Notes: a model not told the origin generated them from the letters alone. A stretch of DNA of 58,258 bases, filler included, from Sphacelaria rigidula (GCA_964200075.2; 9 parts of 9 records of this genome joined end to end with filler, not necessarily neighbours in it); one strand, 5' to 3'. Shown: positions 12,971-25,838, counted from the first letter of the whole stretch. A program made the numbers and translations.

Positions 12971-13290
12971 GGGAGAGGGAGGCAGAGGAAGAGGGGGAGA
13001 GAGGGGGAGGGGGGGGGGGGGGGGGGGGGGTGGGGGGGGGGGGGGGCGTTCTGGGCGTTCTGGGCGTTGCGGCGCCTCCGATTCCGTCCATCATGGCTTC
13101 TTCTCTCACGCACAGCCTCCAACCGCATGAATCCGTATGAGGCAACCAAAAGCTAGCCCAAGAATGTGCTCAACGGTGCTTCACGTGAACTAATATAGCA
13201 AGATCCTAAAGCATACCGCAATCCAGCTATGCCATACGTCCCACAGGGCCTTCACCGCCCACCAGTTGTAATCACTATCTCCACGTATAG

Positions 13291-13293
<3 letters not shown>

Positions 13294-13322
<29 letters not shown>
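13294..13322. repeat. (GA)n microsatellite
   Basis: Direct reading. Confidence 0.95.
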
Positions 13323-13325
<3 letters not shown>

Positions 13326-13622
13326 CCACTCAGCAAGATGTTATCTCAAGGGTTAATTCGTTCACGAATGCTTGTAAAAAAACCAACAGTTCTTAGTATT
13401 TCTTCAACCGACAGCTATTCGCGGAACGTAACGTGACGCACTCTACTGTAGCGTAGGGTACCCGGTGGGCCTACTGAACGTCGCTCCCCGCAACAGTTTG
13501 TTTCAGGAGACTTTCCGTCCAAAGCATTGACTGATATAATTCATTGAAGAATGACCCCACGAGAGGACTCGTGGATGTTCAAGAGACGAATATTTGCGCA
13601 AAGGCAGCGTTGCGCAGAGTAC

Positions 13623-13869
13623 CTGATACATATCGTTGATGATACTCCTTGGTATATGTCTCTGCTACCACCACCGACCCCGCCATTCGACTTTGCGGCC
13701 AACGAAACTCCTATGCCGGTAGACGCCGGCGAATCATCCGAAGAACGTGACGTCGACGTGGATGCGGGAGGGGTGAGTAGCAGTGGCGACGGTAATCTTC
13801 TGATTCTTCGATGGCGGTATTCACGCGAGGTCGCCAGCTTACGAGCGTCAGCCGGGACTGTCGAGCATT
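13623..13869 (-). CDS. Possible internal exon, low-complexity Ser/Gly/Pro-rich peptide
   Basis: Open frame between tatgcag| and |gtactc (CSTVPADARKLATSREYRHRRIRRLPSPLLLTPPASTSTSRSSDD...); further GC-rich exon-like blocks near 14510-14700 and 13000-13090. Confidence 0.35.
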
Positions 13870-16639
13870 CTGCATAATACCCGCACAGACACATGGCACA
13901 CCAGCACGCACAAAGGGTGGAATGAGCATGGAAGCAAAGTGGACAAGCGGACGGCAGTAAACAAAAGAAAAAACACACACGCGTACAAACACACGACGGA
14001 GCGCGAAAAACGCAGTCGAGAGACTTTCGGTGATCGAACCGTGACGGAAATGAAAAATGGCAGCCATGTGTCATGGTTGACAATAACAGCAGCGTCAAAA
14101 CAAGAATAACATATCGAAGAAGAGCAAAGAAAACACGGGGAAATGGGGCGGAAGATGGCTGCGCGTGTGAAGGGTACATTTTTCGTCATCTTTTCTCCGC
14201 GCCATACATCGTCATACGTTCAACCTCCAAGGTCTCGCTCATCTCCGTCGGGACGAGTCCGTCGCCTCGGGGCACAAACCAAGCGGTACCGCCTCACGAA
14301 TAGGTAAAGAGCATCGAATCATGATCATCAACACTCCCGCAGCCCGTCGACGTTCGCCGAGGTTTGTTCTTCCGCCCACTTCCGCCCATCTCAAAGCCCC
14401 CCTTGGCGCAGCCACCTTGGAATAGTGAAAATGATATCAATGCTCAAAACCTGACGGCATCAACCATCGCACAAGTTATATGATGAACGAAACGCGACGC
14501 GCTAACCTCGCGCCCACGCCTCCTTCCTCGTATAGGGCGTATAGGGAACAAACTCCTGGCCGACAACGCAGCAGCCGCCGCCGGACGGGTCACCACCTCC
14601 GTCCCCAACGCTTGCAGCCTCGTCGTGGCGGTCCTCCGGGGCTTCTGGGTGGCTTCTGCGTCGCGCGCTTCTCCCGCCAGTCTCTCCCTTCGCCTGCTTG
14701 ATTTCGTTCGTATAGGTTATTTTCTCAATAGCAATGGAGTTGTGTCTACTTCAATGGATATCGCAGCTTGAAAAAGACACCACAGTATGACCTACACTTT
14801 CCCTGGTCCATCGTGTACGGCTGATGTGATAGTTGGAAAATACAATCGTGAGGGCGGAATGCTTGTGCGGCGACTTTGGGGATACTTTCTGCATACGCCG
14901 GAAACTGTCACAAAGCCACGGAACTATGCGTACATATGAGTAGGCGACAAGATCGCAATTTATTTCTCCTAGCCGGGGATGCGACCCCAATACGGAAAAG
15001 TGTGATTTTGTACTTTTTTAGGGAACTTCAAATAGTACACTACTAGCTACACGTGTTTCTGCCAACTGTCGCCGTCTTCATGCAAATATCTCACGTTGAT
15101 CATCATGGAAGCAACGCACATACCAGATCAAGGGCCATCGGGATAGTATCCAGCACGCATATGGTCACAGTAGCTTCTTGTACCACACCGGCCTCTACGA
15201 ATGCACACAGATTCGTTCTAGGCAAAGCTTTGTACAACACAACTGTGCTTTGGGAACGCCGAGCTATGGGCGCCGGCGTTTGCTCGACTATTCTGCCCTG
15301 CTCTCTTCTGAGGTGAGGTACGTTTGGTATACTTTCACACGTACTTCACTGCGCCATAGATGTAATTCGACGGCACGCACTGTTGGCGCTCCGGTGTCTG
15401 TTTCCTTCGTGTCGTGGTGTCGTGGGCAAAATACGAAGATGCTTACGCGCACCGTTACTCCTGCAGTCGATTTCGGCCGCGAACGTAGCACCCGGCCGTA
15501 CGAACTCACCGACGACCTGGACCCCTTGGGACGCCAGGCATCAATCACTTCAGATCAAATCTACCGGCTGACGTCCAACGCCGGTAACCGCGACGTGTGC
15601 AAAGCTGAGCAGCAGCGGCAGCAGCACAGCAGCAGCAGCTGCTGCTGCTGCTGCTCTCCATCTGTGACTCTGACCACCGTCCCCACTGACAAGACATACC
15701 ATCTGCTTCCAAGTCATGCAGTGTTCCAAAACTCCCAACCTCTAAATCGTGTAATCCGTTGGTTCATCAAGCAAAGCAGCTGTTCTTCACCTCCTTCTAC
15801 TATAGCGGTCAAAGTAGGATCCATCTACACGTGCAGCGCCCAAGGACTCGGAAACCTTCACACTGCTGGTATACCAGAGGCGGCGCTTGAACCAGCGCAT
15901 AAGCGCTTCTTCAAGGGCCGCGGACAACTCCGTTGTCGGTTTGTTATCCTCGGTGGGGTGGATCATGTCCGGGCATCGCTGACGCAACACACACAGGGTA
16001 AGGGAGGGGAACAAGGGGGGTATTGATACACTTGTTTGTGTTGCTGTTGTAGAGTCATTCCTGTTGCCCTGTGTGTACTCCTGCTTCTGTAAACAACTGT
16101 TACCGTTGGTTCTACTTACCTTTCGAACCCAAACAACGCAGAAATCACACTAATTGTAAGATCATCTGCTGGTCGCACAAGCGATACGGTGCTGTAACTT
16201 CATTAACCCCACTGCTCCTGCGCCTGGGAGACAGTGATTCAGACCCCAGGTCGTTCCACCACCCTTGTACCTGCCCCTTATCCTCCAAGGGGAACTCAAG
16301 TACTCAATTCCGAACGTACATCATTCTTCTCCACGAGAACCTGTAGCCGAATGATACCAAGCTGTAGGTTTCAGTATGACCGCATGCATGATTGGAGCAG
16401 TGGCAGGGGACAGGGGACCCTGGATTGATTACCCTTATCTGTGTGGCCCCTTGCTGTCTGGCTCGTGATGTGGTCTGTTGAGCATCACTCCGTGATAATA
16501 ACAAGTTAGAAGAAAGGACTTGTCGAGCACGAGGCTTGTGCTTCTGGAGGAGTCCCTCATTGATAGTTTTCTTGTCCAGATCGTCTGGCAGAGGCTATAA
16601 TATCTAGATATTATTTTCGGCACTCTGTTGGAGGAGTTT

Positions 16640-19354
16640 GGCTGAGGAGTGGGGCCACAGCTGGAAGCCAGCTCGGCCTGCAGTTGGGAGGAGACCAACT
16701 TGAAGCCAACTTGAAGCGCACAGCAGTGGAGGACGCTCCGTCGGCTGGAGGACACACAAGTCAGGCAAGAGTCTCTTCTTGAAGTGGCGAACCCTGGACG
16801 ACATGACTTGAGCGGCGGCAGCGCCGCTGGTGTTAGGTGAGCCACTAGAACCACCAGTATGGCGAAGTGTGGACCGAGGAAGCCTCAGGAGGTTTTGGGC
16901 CAAATATCTCGACTATTTAGAGAGGTTGCATTTGGCCAATGCACAAGGAGTCACAAGGCATGCCAGGGTGAGCATCGGACAACTTATCCCAACGTGTATT
17001 CACCGGTGCTTTGCAGTCATGTACAAGGACCGTCGGGCTATGATCCCTGACGAATTGCTAGATGCTGTGAAGCAGCATGCCGGGTACATCACAACCGGCG
17101 GCAAGCATGACACTGCGCGGGCTGCAGCAGAGAGTTCTCACTGTGTCACAAAGCGGTGGAATATCCGTCAAGGATCGTGCGATGATGGTCAATTCATCTA
17201 CGGAAACGTTTTTCGCAGTAAACCTCACGGTGCAAGCCATGTACCGTGCGGAGGACAGGAGCTGGTTGCCAGGCCCGGCCGAGTCGGTTTCCACAGCTTT
17301 GGTGGACGGGATTTCGCCTCCGGACTTCGAGGCGTATGTTCAAAATATACTAACGTATGTTGACGGCTGGAAAAAGAACCAGACGGTGGTGTTCAACAAA
17401 ATATTTGATGCCGCCGACCAATGGAAGTTCATTGAAGCACATGGCCGGCGCGATCCTGCAACAAGTGCAGGTGGTATGCGCCGCAAACAGCAACAACGTC
17501 AGAAACAGCAGCCGTCTTCGCGAGCGTCGTCCACTCGCGCGTGTTACAACTGCGGCGACACCGGATATCTTATCAAGGACTGCCCCAAACCTCGCGCTCA
17601 AGGCGCTGCTCAAGGAAATGCGCGAGATTCATCAGGATCTCGAGGCGGTCGTCACGGTGGACGGGGCCGTGCCAACCAGGAACAAGGGCGCGGCGGCCGC
17701 GGTAGCAAGTAATCGGCGGCGGATGGTGGTTCCTCCGCGGCTGTTTCTTCCACTACGTCATCAGGTGGTGACTCTGGATCTTATAGTTTGTCCGTGTCGG
17801 GACGGACAGTGTACGTGGGAAATGCAAATACTTCGGTGGGGAGTGCTGGAGCGAAGAGTTCGCAACCTCTCGGCCAGGCAGGATCCGTGTCTGGTGCATC
17901 TCCTACTGCTGCGACGGCTGTAACAGCGCCGTCTGCATATTCGGCGACGTGGTCTGGTTGGACTGCCGATTCTTAACTATCGATGTCAAGTGCTGGAGCG
18001 CAGCCCTGGCGTCAGGTGACTCTTGGTGCCGACCAGGCTTCTGTGGCAGGCGTGGTACCTATCGATCGCAAGGCTGACTGTTTACGCGCAGATCTTTCCT
18101 TGCCCGGTTCCGTAGGTTCGGTCATGGCCCGCGTTGTTTTGGATTCTGGGTCCGCGCTCACGTCCATCGGTGTGGGGTTGCTAGAGCAAATGTCTTCGCA
18201 GTTTGGCGCCTCTGAGCTTCAGATTCCGTTCGAAAACGGACCACAAACGGCACAGATCGCCACGGGTGCTCCCGTGACGCTGACACATAACACGGTGTCT
18301 ACAAATCGTCGTGCGCTGCGTGGTGATCCGCCAGCGCGAGTAGAGCCCATGGGGGTGCACCTCAAGCCACAGGTGAAGGCGGTGAAGGCCAGGCCCAGAC
18401 ATTACGATCCGGTGAAGACCGGGTGGCTTGCTCCATGCATCACAGCTTGGTGTTGTTTGGTTTAGTGGTCAGGAACATCCAGGCTGTGTGGGCAAGTCCG
18501 GCGATGGCGGTGCCGAAGAGGGACACATTCCGCTTGGTCAGCGACTATCAGGCGGTGAACGCGCAAGCGGAACAGTCTCCGGGGGTGATGCCACGTCAAG
18601 AAGACATGCGGGAGTTGCCGGGAGCCCAATGCTTCGGCAAGTTGGACCTGCTACAGGGGTATTGGCAGATGCCTCTGGCGCTGGAGGCTCAGGAGATCTT
18701 CACGATCGTCACGCCTGACGGTTTGTTTACGCCTACTCGTGTCCTGCAGGGCGTGTTGAACGCCACGGCGTATTTCCAAGGTGTGCTGACAGACATTTTG
18801 CGAGGTCTAGACTGTAAAGTGTGGGTGGCTGACGTCTTCTATTTCGTCAAGGAAAGCTGACATGTGAGCACTCTTCTATTATGGTGCTTGTGAACGCATG
18901 GTGAAAGAGGTTATTTGTGCTTTGCGGTCCATTTTGTCGGAACAGAGACGGCCGGTGTCTGAATGGGTTGATGTTTTGCCAGCCGCTCAATGGGCGTTGA
19001 ATACTTCTTTTCGTGTGCGCTACCGGAACACTCCGTATTGTGTGATGCGTGGGCGTGCGCCGCGTACAGCGTTTTCCGCGCTGGTTTCTGTCACTGGCAG
19101 CGAGTGGAACGTCGATGTCATGGGTGCTGACTCGTTGCGTGACAAGGTTCGAGACGTGGTTGACGAGTAAGTGCGGTTCTGTAACGAAGTGCGAGCTGCT
19201 GACGCGGTGTCTCGCGAAACAAAACGCAAGGTTGCTCAGGGCCAGGCTGTGTTGCCCAAGTTTGCAGTTGGCGATTTCGTATTGTATGCCCGTGTTCGTA
19301 GGCAAGATGTGATGCCAAAGTTGATGTGCACATGGACAGGTCCGTGGCGAGTGG
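16640..19354 (+). mobile_element. Decayed Ty3/Gypsy LTR retrotransposon internal region (gag-protease-RT-integrase), truncated by scaffold end
   Basis: Frameshifted gag with zinc knuckle CYNCGDTGYLIKDC (about 17541-17583); aspartic protease VVLDSGS (about 18135); RT motifs FRLVSDY, KLDLLQGYWQMPL, QGVLNATAYFQ and WVADV (decayed YxDD); integrase C-terminal half WVDVLPAAQWALNTS...TPY and GPY/F-type FAVGDFVL...KL..TWTGPWRV. RT-before-IN order indicates Gypsy. Confidence 0.95.
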
Positions 19355-19454
19355 NNNNNNNNNNNNNNNNNNNNNNNNNNNNNNNNNNNNNNNNNNNNTT
19401 AATTAATTAANNNNNNNNNNNNNNNNNNNNNNNNNNNNNNNNNNNNNNNNNNNN
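19355..19454. other. Artificial scaffold spacer
   Basis: N44-TTAATTAATTAA-N44. Confidence 0.99.
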
Positions 19455-19658
19455 TAGGAACAGTGCTCCGTCTCGAAAGGGATGTGTGGTCAATTGTCAC
19501 ACGACTAAGGCAAGCAACAAATGAGTACGCCCCGGCCCCCTGAGGTCCTTGGTCTTATGACTACGGCCTTATGACTACGGCATGCAAGATCATGAACACC
19601 CCACCACCCATCCACCCGCGAACCCCAAACCTACAGCACTCATATTGAGCCCCTTCAG

Positions 19659-19812
19659 ACGATGAAGCGCTTGGAGGTGAATCCGGCATGGAAGTTGGAG
19701 ATGCAGCGAAAGTCGTCAAAGGAGTCGATCAGAGCCAGCGGTTCTTCCGTTGACAGCGCTACTTCGGGAAGCTGCAAAGATAGATCAAGCTCGGGGCTCA
19801 AGGCCAAGCGAG
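19659..19812 (+). CDS. Isolated internal exon of an unknown protein
   Basis: ccttcag| TMKRLEVNPAWKLEMQRKSSKESIRASGSSVDSATSGSCKDRSSSGLKAKR |gtgcgt, followed by an intronic (GT)n tract. Confidence 0.5.
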
Positions 19813-19967
19813 GTGCGTGCGCGCATATGTGTGTGTGTGTGTGTGTGTGTGTTATCTGTAGAGGTGTGTTGGGTGGGGTATTTGTCACATGCGAGTATTT
19901 GAAAAATTATGCTCTAAGCACCCAAAGCTCGGGTAGAGTATTGAAACCGTACTTAACGAAGCCGTTT

Positions 19968-20355
19968 GCCCCTCGGTGGCTCAGTTGGTGACCTCGAAAC
20001 CTTCTGACGGTTGGGGTCGTGGGTTCGAACCTCGGTGCAGTCATACGATCAGAGATATTTTCCCTCACACCACGCCCAACAGTCGTGAGTAGAGAGAGAT
20101 CATGTCGTGGGTACCCAAGTCCGACTTTCACGGTCGACGAGGGAAAGGGACGGCTGAACCCCTCTCGCGATGTAAAAAAACAAGGCAATCACCGCAGAAG
20201 GAAGAGGGTAGAGAACTAAAAAACAAAAGTGAGATTAAGGAAATACTCCCGTGTTGGCATTCCTCCTGTGTGACCCCGGTTGAATCGCCGACCTATACCG
20301 AAGGGTGTAGACTGGCGATCCAGAATAGATGGGATAACACGCACGCAACACGCAC
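19968..20355 (+). mobile_element. tRNA-derived SINE, near full length
   Basis: A box TGGCTCAGTTGG at 19977-19988 and B box GGTTCGAACC at 20022-20031, with a vestigial anticodon arm AACC-TTCTGAC-GGTT. The body is shared with reverse copies at 28560-28775 and 53858-54195. Confidence 0.8.
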
Positions 20356-21074
20356 TCAACAGTACCCAGGTATTGGGGTAGAGTGATGCGACCGTACCTC
20401 ACTTTACGCAATATTTCTTATCTCCATGTGTGTACCCCATGTGTGTGCGAGGGGCCCTACCAACTGTAGGCTAGAAGTCTACCCCACCCCACCCTCCCCC
20501 GCACCCCTCGGGCTGTTCGGAGAATGACGAAAAAGTACAAGAGTTGGACGGATAATGATTCGTCTGAAGATGAGCTGGTTCTAGTGTGATTGATTCGTAC
20601 CGTACGAATCAATCCTCGGGTTTTATTTCAAGCATTGCACTCCTAGTGCGCGAGCCCCAAAGACGACGTGGAACACCGCAAAGCTAGCGTAGAGATGTCT
20701 GTGACCCGCGGTCAACGTTTTCCTATCTTTTTGAGCGAACAGGCCTCAGGCATGCTAAAATTGGTGGTTTCGAACCAGTGATGGTTTGGCCGACCCCTGT
20801 AAAAGTAGGGCAGAAACCGTATTCTCTCTACCTCTTTCTCGCACCGGTCCACGCAAATTGAACAACGCTGCTGCCACCCAAGGATTGCCTGTGCGTGAGC
20901 AGCTCAAACCCTAGAGGGGCGTTGGTGCCTTTTCCTATGTTGGGGAAGGATATGGGCTACGACAGCGCTCTGGTTCAAGGTAGAAATTACCAGGATCCAC
21001 TTTCGGATTATGACAGTTGTATGATATTTATCCACGCGCCCACGGTATCTATCGCCTGAGCTTGGTGTGGGATT

Positions 21075-21380
21075 GCATTACTTGGGCCCAGTGTGGTATT
21101 AAAACATCCTCGATTTCGGTGTTGTCGAATAGGGTTCCAGTGCGGTTAACAATGATCTGGTTCCAGTGTGGTGCAAAAATTACCATGTTTCAGTGTGGTT
21201 GACAACTACTCCGTTTCGGTACGGTCAAAAACTACTGGCTTTCAGTGTGGTCAACAATTACTTGACTTCAGTGTGGTCGAAAACTAATTGATTTCGGTAT
21301 GGTCAAGAAGTCTTCGGTTCCAGCGTGATCAATAATTACTTGACTCCAGTGTGGTCAATAATTACTTGGCTCCAGTCTAG
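21075..21380 (+). repeat. Degenerate roughly 26-bp minisatellite (TTCAGTGTGGTCAACAATTACTTGAC), about 11 units
   Basis: Head-to-tail units with no unique spacers. Confidence 0.85.
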
Positions 21381-21466
21381 TCACGAACCATTTGTCTCTG
21401 TCCCTGCTACGGTTGGGTTACGGCACTTTACCCCGTGTAGTGTCCTAGCACTGTACATCACTTACC

Positions 21467-21679
21467 AGAGGTATCTCAAAGTCGGCTCCCGGTATCCTGG
21501 TTTATTCGCTGGCCTTGAGTTGTGCACTAGTTCTTCATGTGAAAGTGATCGCGATTCATAGGAGGACCTGACTTGGCGGTGAAAGGATGTCATCATCTAT
21601 CTGATGAATCTCCATCACTTTGACTTGAAAAATAGAACAAACAAACCAGGATACTGAGAGCCGAGTTTGAGATATCTCT
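21467..21679. mobile_element. MITE with roughly 40-bp imperfect TIRs
   Basis: AGAGGTATCTCAAAGTCGGCTCCCGGTATCCTGGTTT versus AAACCAGGATACTGAGAGCCGAGTTTGAGATATCTCT; TSD not clear. Confidence 0.8.
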
Positions 21680-23229
21680 ACTATAGCCATTATCCATGGT
21701 ATTCAGGGGGCACCCACCCTTAACAAGTGGGTTACCATTCCCCGCCTTCCCCCTCAGCCTCGCCTATCATGAGCTCTTTCTGCATCTGGGGACTGTGGCT
21801 TCTAGCCCCTTGGTTTGTGTGTGTTTTTCGTTCCGGGCGGGAGGGAATGTGAGAAAAAAATGTTGTCTTCCTTTCCCTTTTTGTTTTGCCCCCCTGTCAT
21901 GAGGAAGGAAGATAGAGAGGCTTTATTTGTTCCTTCAGACAGTTTTGGGGAAGGTTGACCTATAGATCATTCGAACTGTTCGTGGGATTACTCCCATAAC
22001 TTTGGGGAAGGTTGGCATGCAGACTTGCGTACCCTAGCCCCGAGGAGAAGGAACGCCTTCTCGGGCCTAGATCAGAGAGGTTGTGTTGCTTGCACCCTCG
22101 ATCACTCTCTGAGCTGGACCATCTGCACCTACTGTTTACCTTGGGTGAGAACAGTACGCTAGGCGAGCAAGAGAATAATGAGCGAGCATAACCAGATACG
22201 AAGCCTTCGAGCTCCTTTGTTTTGTTTGCTACTGTTGACCAACAGTCACGTGAACCTGTGTGTGTGAAACACATATCTTGTCGGACACATTGCACCCTGT
22301 GCACTTCACCAAGCTTGCAGCACATTGATAAATACTCATCTGGGAAGGTTTGCGGAGCCTTTCCATATTACACTGGCGTTGACTTGATTGGCCGTGCCTT
22401 GCTTGTTTTTCCAGTCGCTTTTCACTTGTATTCTTTTAGCCTCGTTGCCTTGTTTAGCTGTCTCTTCCTGTACCCCACGTTTGCTGCTCCTCGCTTTTGG
22501 TTGATCCTGTAATTTCCCTCTTGTTTGCAACAGTCTCCATAGCCCCTGGTTTTCATTTAGCTTGTAGAGTGCTACCATTTTTTAATGTATGACATTGCTG
22601 TTATTCTGCATCTATCCGGTTGCAGTTTCCCACCTCCACCGCTCCAGCAGCCACCATTCCTCCACCGCTGGCACACTCTGTATTTTGTTTTTCTCCTGCT
22701 TTGATCGCTCCTTTTGCTGAGCCCGCACTCTTCATCTGTAGTGCCCTTGCTCTCTTGTCATTGCCCTCCTGCCCCACATCGCTTGACGATTATCCCGTCC
22801 AGCGCTGTGTCAGATTGCTCGTTGCAGCCCCTTGCAGGCAGTTGATATTTTACCTTAGTTGACAGACCCAACACAAGCCGCTTTTATCTTACGGCGCTAA
22901 CGACTACCCTTCATCCTTGCAGGACGTTGACACTTGTGTGCCGCTGCTGTGTCTATCGTGAGGCGTTCCCTCACCCTTGACACTGACTGTTTTAGTGTTT
23001 TGGCTCACCGCTTGCAACCCACACGCTTACTTTTTTTGGTGCAGCCACTGTGTAGGTAGTAACTGCCGCTCCACCGTGTAGCAGTACTGTAGTGCACATT
23101 ATCTCCTCTCCTGGGCGACAATCTGCCCTAACACGATTACTCACTAGTATCGGTGCTGTACTTCTGTCACCGCACCCTCTCTCAGGTTTATACTACACCC
23201 CAGCCCTGCTTCTCAAACTTCCGGCCGGG

Positions 23230-23440
23230 TGTGTAGTCCGCGATCCACTTTCCATCCTTTTGGGTGTGTACTACGCGACCCCCTTTTCATCTTTTGTGTG
23301 TGTACTGCGTGATACATTTTTCATCTTTCGCGTGTGTACTACGTGCCACATTTTTCTCCTTTGGTTCTGTACTGCGTGATCCACGCTTTTGTCGTATCCT
23401 ACGTGATCCACCTTTTCCTCTTTGGCGGTGCACTACCTGG
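23230..23440 (+). repeat. Degenerate roughly 31-33 bp tandem repeat (TGTGTACTRCGYGAYCCAC.TTTTCATCTTT)
   Basis: About 6-7 consecutive units in a T-rich tract. Confidence 0.7.
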
Positions 23441-24415
23441 TTCGTTTTACGATTTACTATTTATTTTTGTTTCGAAATTCAGTATCCCCCTGTAGTCTTT
23501 TCCGCTTGGCGCCTGAACTGCACCAACGTTAGTGTTTCAATCGGCTTCTACGACTGTTTTCTCTTGGAGCCCTGCACTTTAATTCAGTGTTGAGGATCCT
23601 CGCTGCCGCCTTTTTTTGTTATTTTTCTCGGCTAAATTTCACAACTCTTTACACATCGCCTTCCCTTTGGCGACGTGATCTACACTAGTCTTGGTGTCTA
23701 CCTTTGCGATCTCGAGTTGTGTTTTTCTACAGCTCCTGTGTGCGGTGTCCTACTTGCACCACTGAAGTACCCCTGTTGTATTTGACGTGCACAGTGCGCC
23801 CGTCGGACATCTGTCCTGCCTCCTTTCACAGTCCCCTTTATTGTTAGGTTTTGTCTGCGAATTTTCTCCTTTGCGCCTATCAATACCTATAATACACCCT
23901 CAGTGCGCCTTCCTGCGATCTCCCATACACGGTTTCCTCTACAGGTATCGTATTCCTGCCGCAGTTCCTCCTTTTTCGGCGTTTAGCTTGGGTTGTTCAT
24001 CTTTTTTGCTCTGCTGTCTACCTTCTCGGTACTTGGAAATTGCCTTGATTACGCTGACTGTTATTATCACAGCAGTTTACTGTACTTCGGTGTACCCACG
24101 TTTATAATTTTTGTAGTCTTTACTGCTCAATTTTCCGGCACTTGGAATTTCCTGCCCAGCTTACGCTACCTGTTATTGTTACACCAGACTATTGTACTCT
24201 GGTGCCTAGCGTCCATTTCTACCTCTTCAATTTAATATGGTGCAACCGAGGACAACATTCCTCCACTTTGGCCCTCCTTCTCACAAATCTGTACGCTGTC
24301 AGCGTTTTCTTCCATCACTGCCTCCAAAACCATTCACTCTTACTTCCCCTCTGCACGAAGAAGTAAAATCCGAAAGAGCTTCAGCCACCACTCTGGCGAC
24401 TACACGTCTCGGGAC

Positions 24416-25838
24416 TTGGCTTCTACTGGTGACCACGACCGGCATCTGTCCAAGACTTCGAACATGATCGACGAGTCGCTACGCGCTCGCTCTGTTGCGA
24501 AACGCACACCGTCCAAGACTTCCGACATGATCGACCAGTCGCTTCGCTCTGTTGTGAAACGCGCACCGTCCAAGACGTCCAACATGATCGACCAGTCGCT
24601 ACACGCTCGCTCTGTTGTAAAACGCACACCGTCTAGGAGTTCCAACATGTCTGACGAGTCGCCACGCGTTCCCACCGTCGTGAAACGCAAACCGCTCCAG
24701 GTTTCCACCGCGGTTAATGAGTCACTCCGCGCTCGGGGTGTTGACGTAGAGCACCCGTCCATGCCTTCCGACGTTTTCGGCACGACGCACAACGTTTCCG
24801 ATGCCTTACAACGCCCGCGACGACACGACATCCATCGTGAGGCCACTTCTGTTCACCAGCCCTCGCGCCGAAAACCCTCCTCGCGTCTTGGCGACTCTCG
24901 GGAGCCTTCCACTGAGCACTTGCCGTTAGTCACGGCTCTTCAGCACTTGCTCCGTTCATCACCGGCTGTCATTTCTGATGGTCCGTCGACAACTGCCCTC
25001 TCACAAGCGCTTGCGGCCGCGTTTCACACAGCCGTTCAACATTCGGCGTCTTCAGATCGTGTTCACTTTGATAGTAATGCGAACCATCGGTCCTCTGTCC
25101 TAGCGTCTGCAGACCCTGATGACGAACGTTCGACCTCAGATGTCCCCTCTGATTTGGATTTGGATGGTGACGACGTTGTTCACCATAGTGATCGTACTAC
25201 TCATGCCCATGACGTACGTGCCCTGTTATCAGGATTATCATCAACCACGGGATCCTCACGACCTAAATCTGTCGATGGGACCCATGTGAGCTCACGACTA
25301 CCCTTTGATTGGCTGATATTCACGCACCTTTGCGCGACGGACGCAGCACTAACCGTGCCCTTCCACCCCATCCTGATGCTGCCACTGTGCGTGCTGTGGA
25401 ACGACAAATTGCAGATCTTTGTCGATACCTGCGATCAGCTTCCACCATGGCCAACACCCCTGCACCTTCGACCACCGCTCCTGTCGCGGCCGCCCCCACT
25501 ACTGCTGCAGCGGACGTCGATACGGATGCTGAGAGCATCCGCGTCATACACCCCGCCCCCAGCGCGGTAGAGACTGCGGCTGCCGACACAGCGGCTACGG
25601 GTGACACCCTTGTCACGGCAACCCTTGCGGGATCTGACACCTCCCCGCATGATGCTGCCGCCACTGGTCCGACTCCGGCGCCTGCATGCACGTCTCTCAC
25701 GGACGACCGTCCCCTGTTGGGCGTCGAGCATTGCCCGCCGGGCCTCCTGCCCCGGCTCTGGTTGCGTGGTCCCCGCTCCGATCAGGAGCAAATCCTCGCT
25801 GAATACCGAGCACTGCAACCGGACACGCCCCCTGCGCC
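24416..25838 (+). pseudogene. Intronless low-complexity ORF with N-terminal 19-21 aa repeats, frameshifted near 25305, truncated by scaffold end; probably retroelement ORF1/gag N-terminus
   Basis: ORF 24416-25570 has (TPSKTSNMIDQSLRARSVVKR) about 5 times. The Ala/Thr/Pro-rich continuation is in the -1 frame, 25309-25838. No catalytic motif is visible, so the element assignment is inference. Confidence 0.5.

Noticed and set aside
15178..16026. 282-aa ORF upstream of gag
   Set aside because: No recognisable motif or splice structure and it includes (CAG)/(CTG) microsatellites; cannot be supported as a gene.
16024..16503. 5' LTR of the Gypsy element
   Set aside because: TG..CA bounds and an upstream purine tract exist, but there is no TGG primer-binding site and no second copy to confirm.
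19968..20045. tRNA-Gln(CTG) gene
   Set aside because: The acceptor and D stems do not pair properly, and the head is fused to a multi-copy body, so it is a SINE.
21075..21380. CRISPR-like 26-bp repeats
   Set aside because: No spacers; an ordinary degenerate minisatellite in eukaryotic DNA.
25295..25312. Programmed -1 frameshift at CCCTTTG
   Set aside because: The heptamer is not in canonical X XXY YYZ phase and the -1 frame has TGA immediately there. A 1-bp deletion or sequencing error is simpler.
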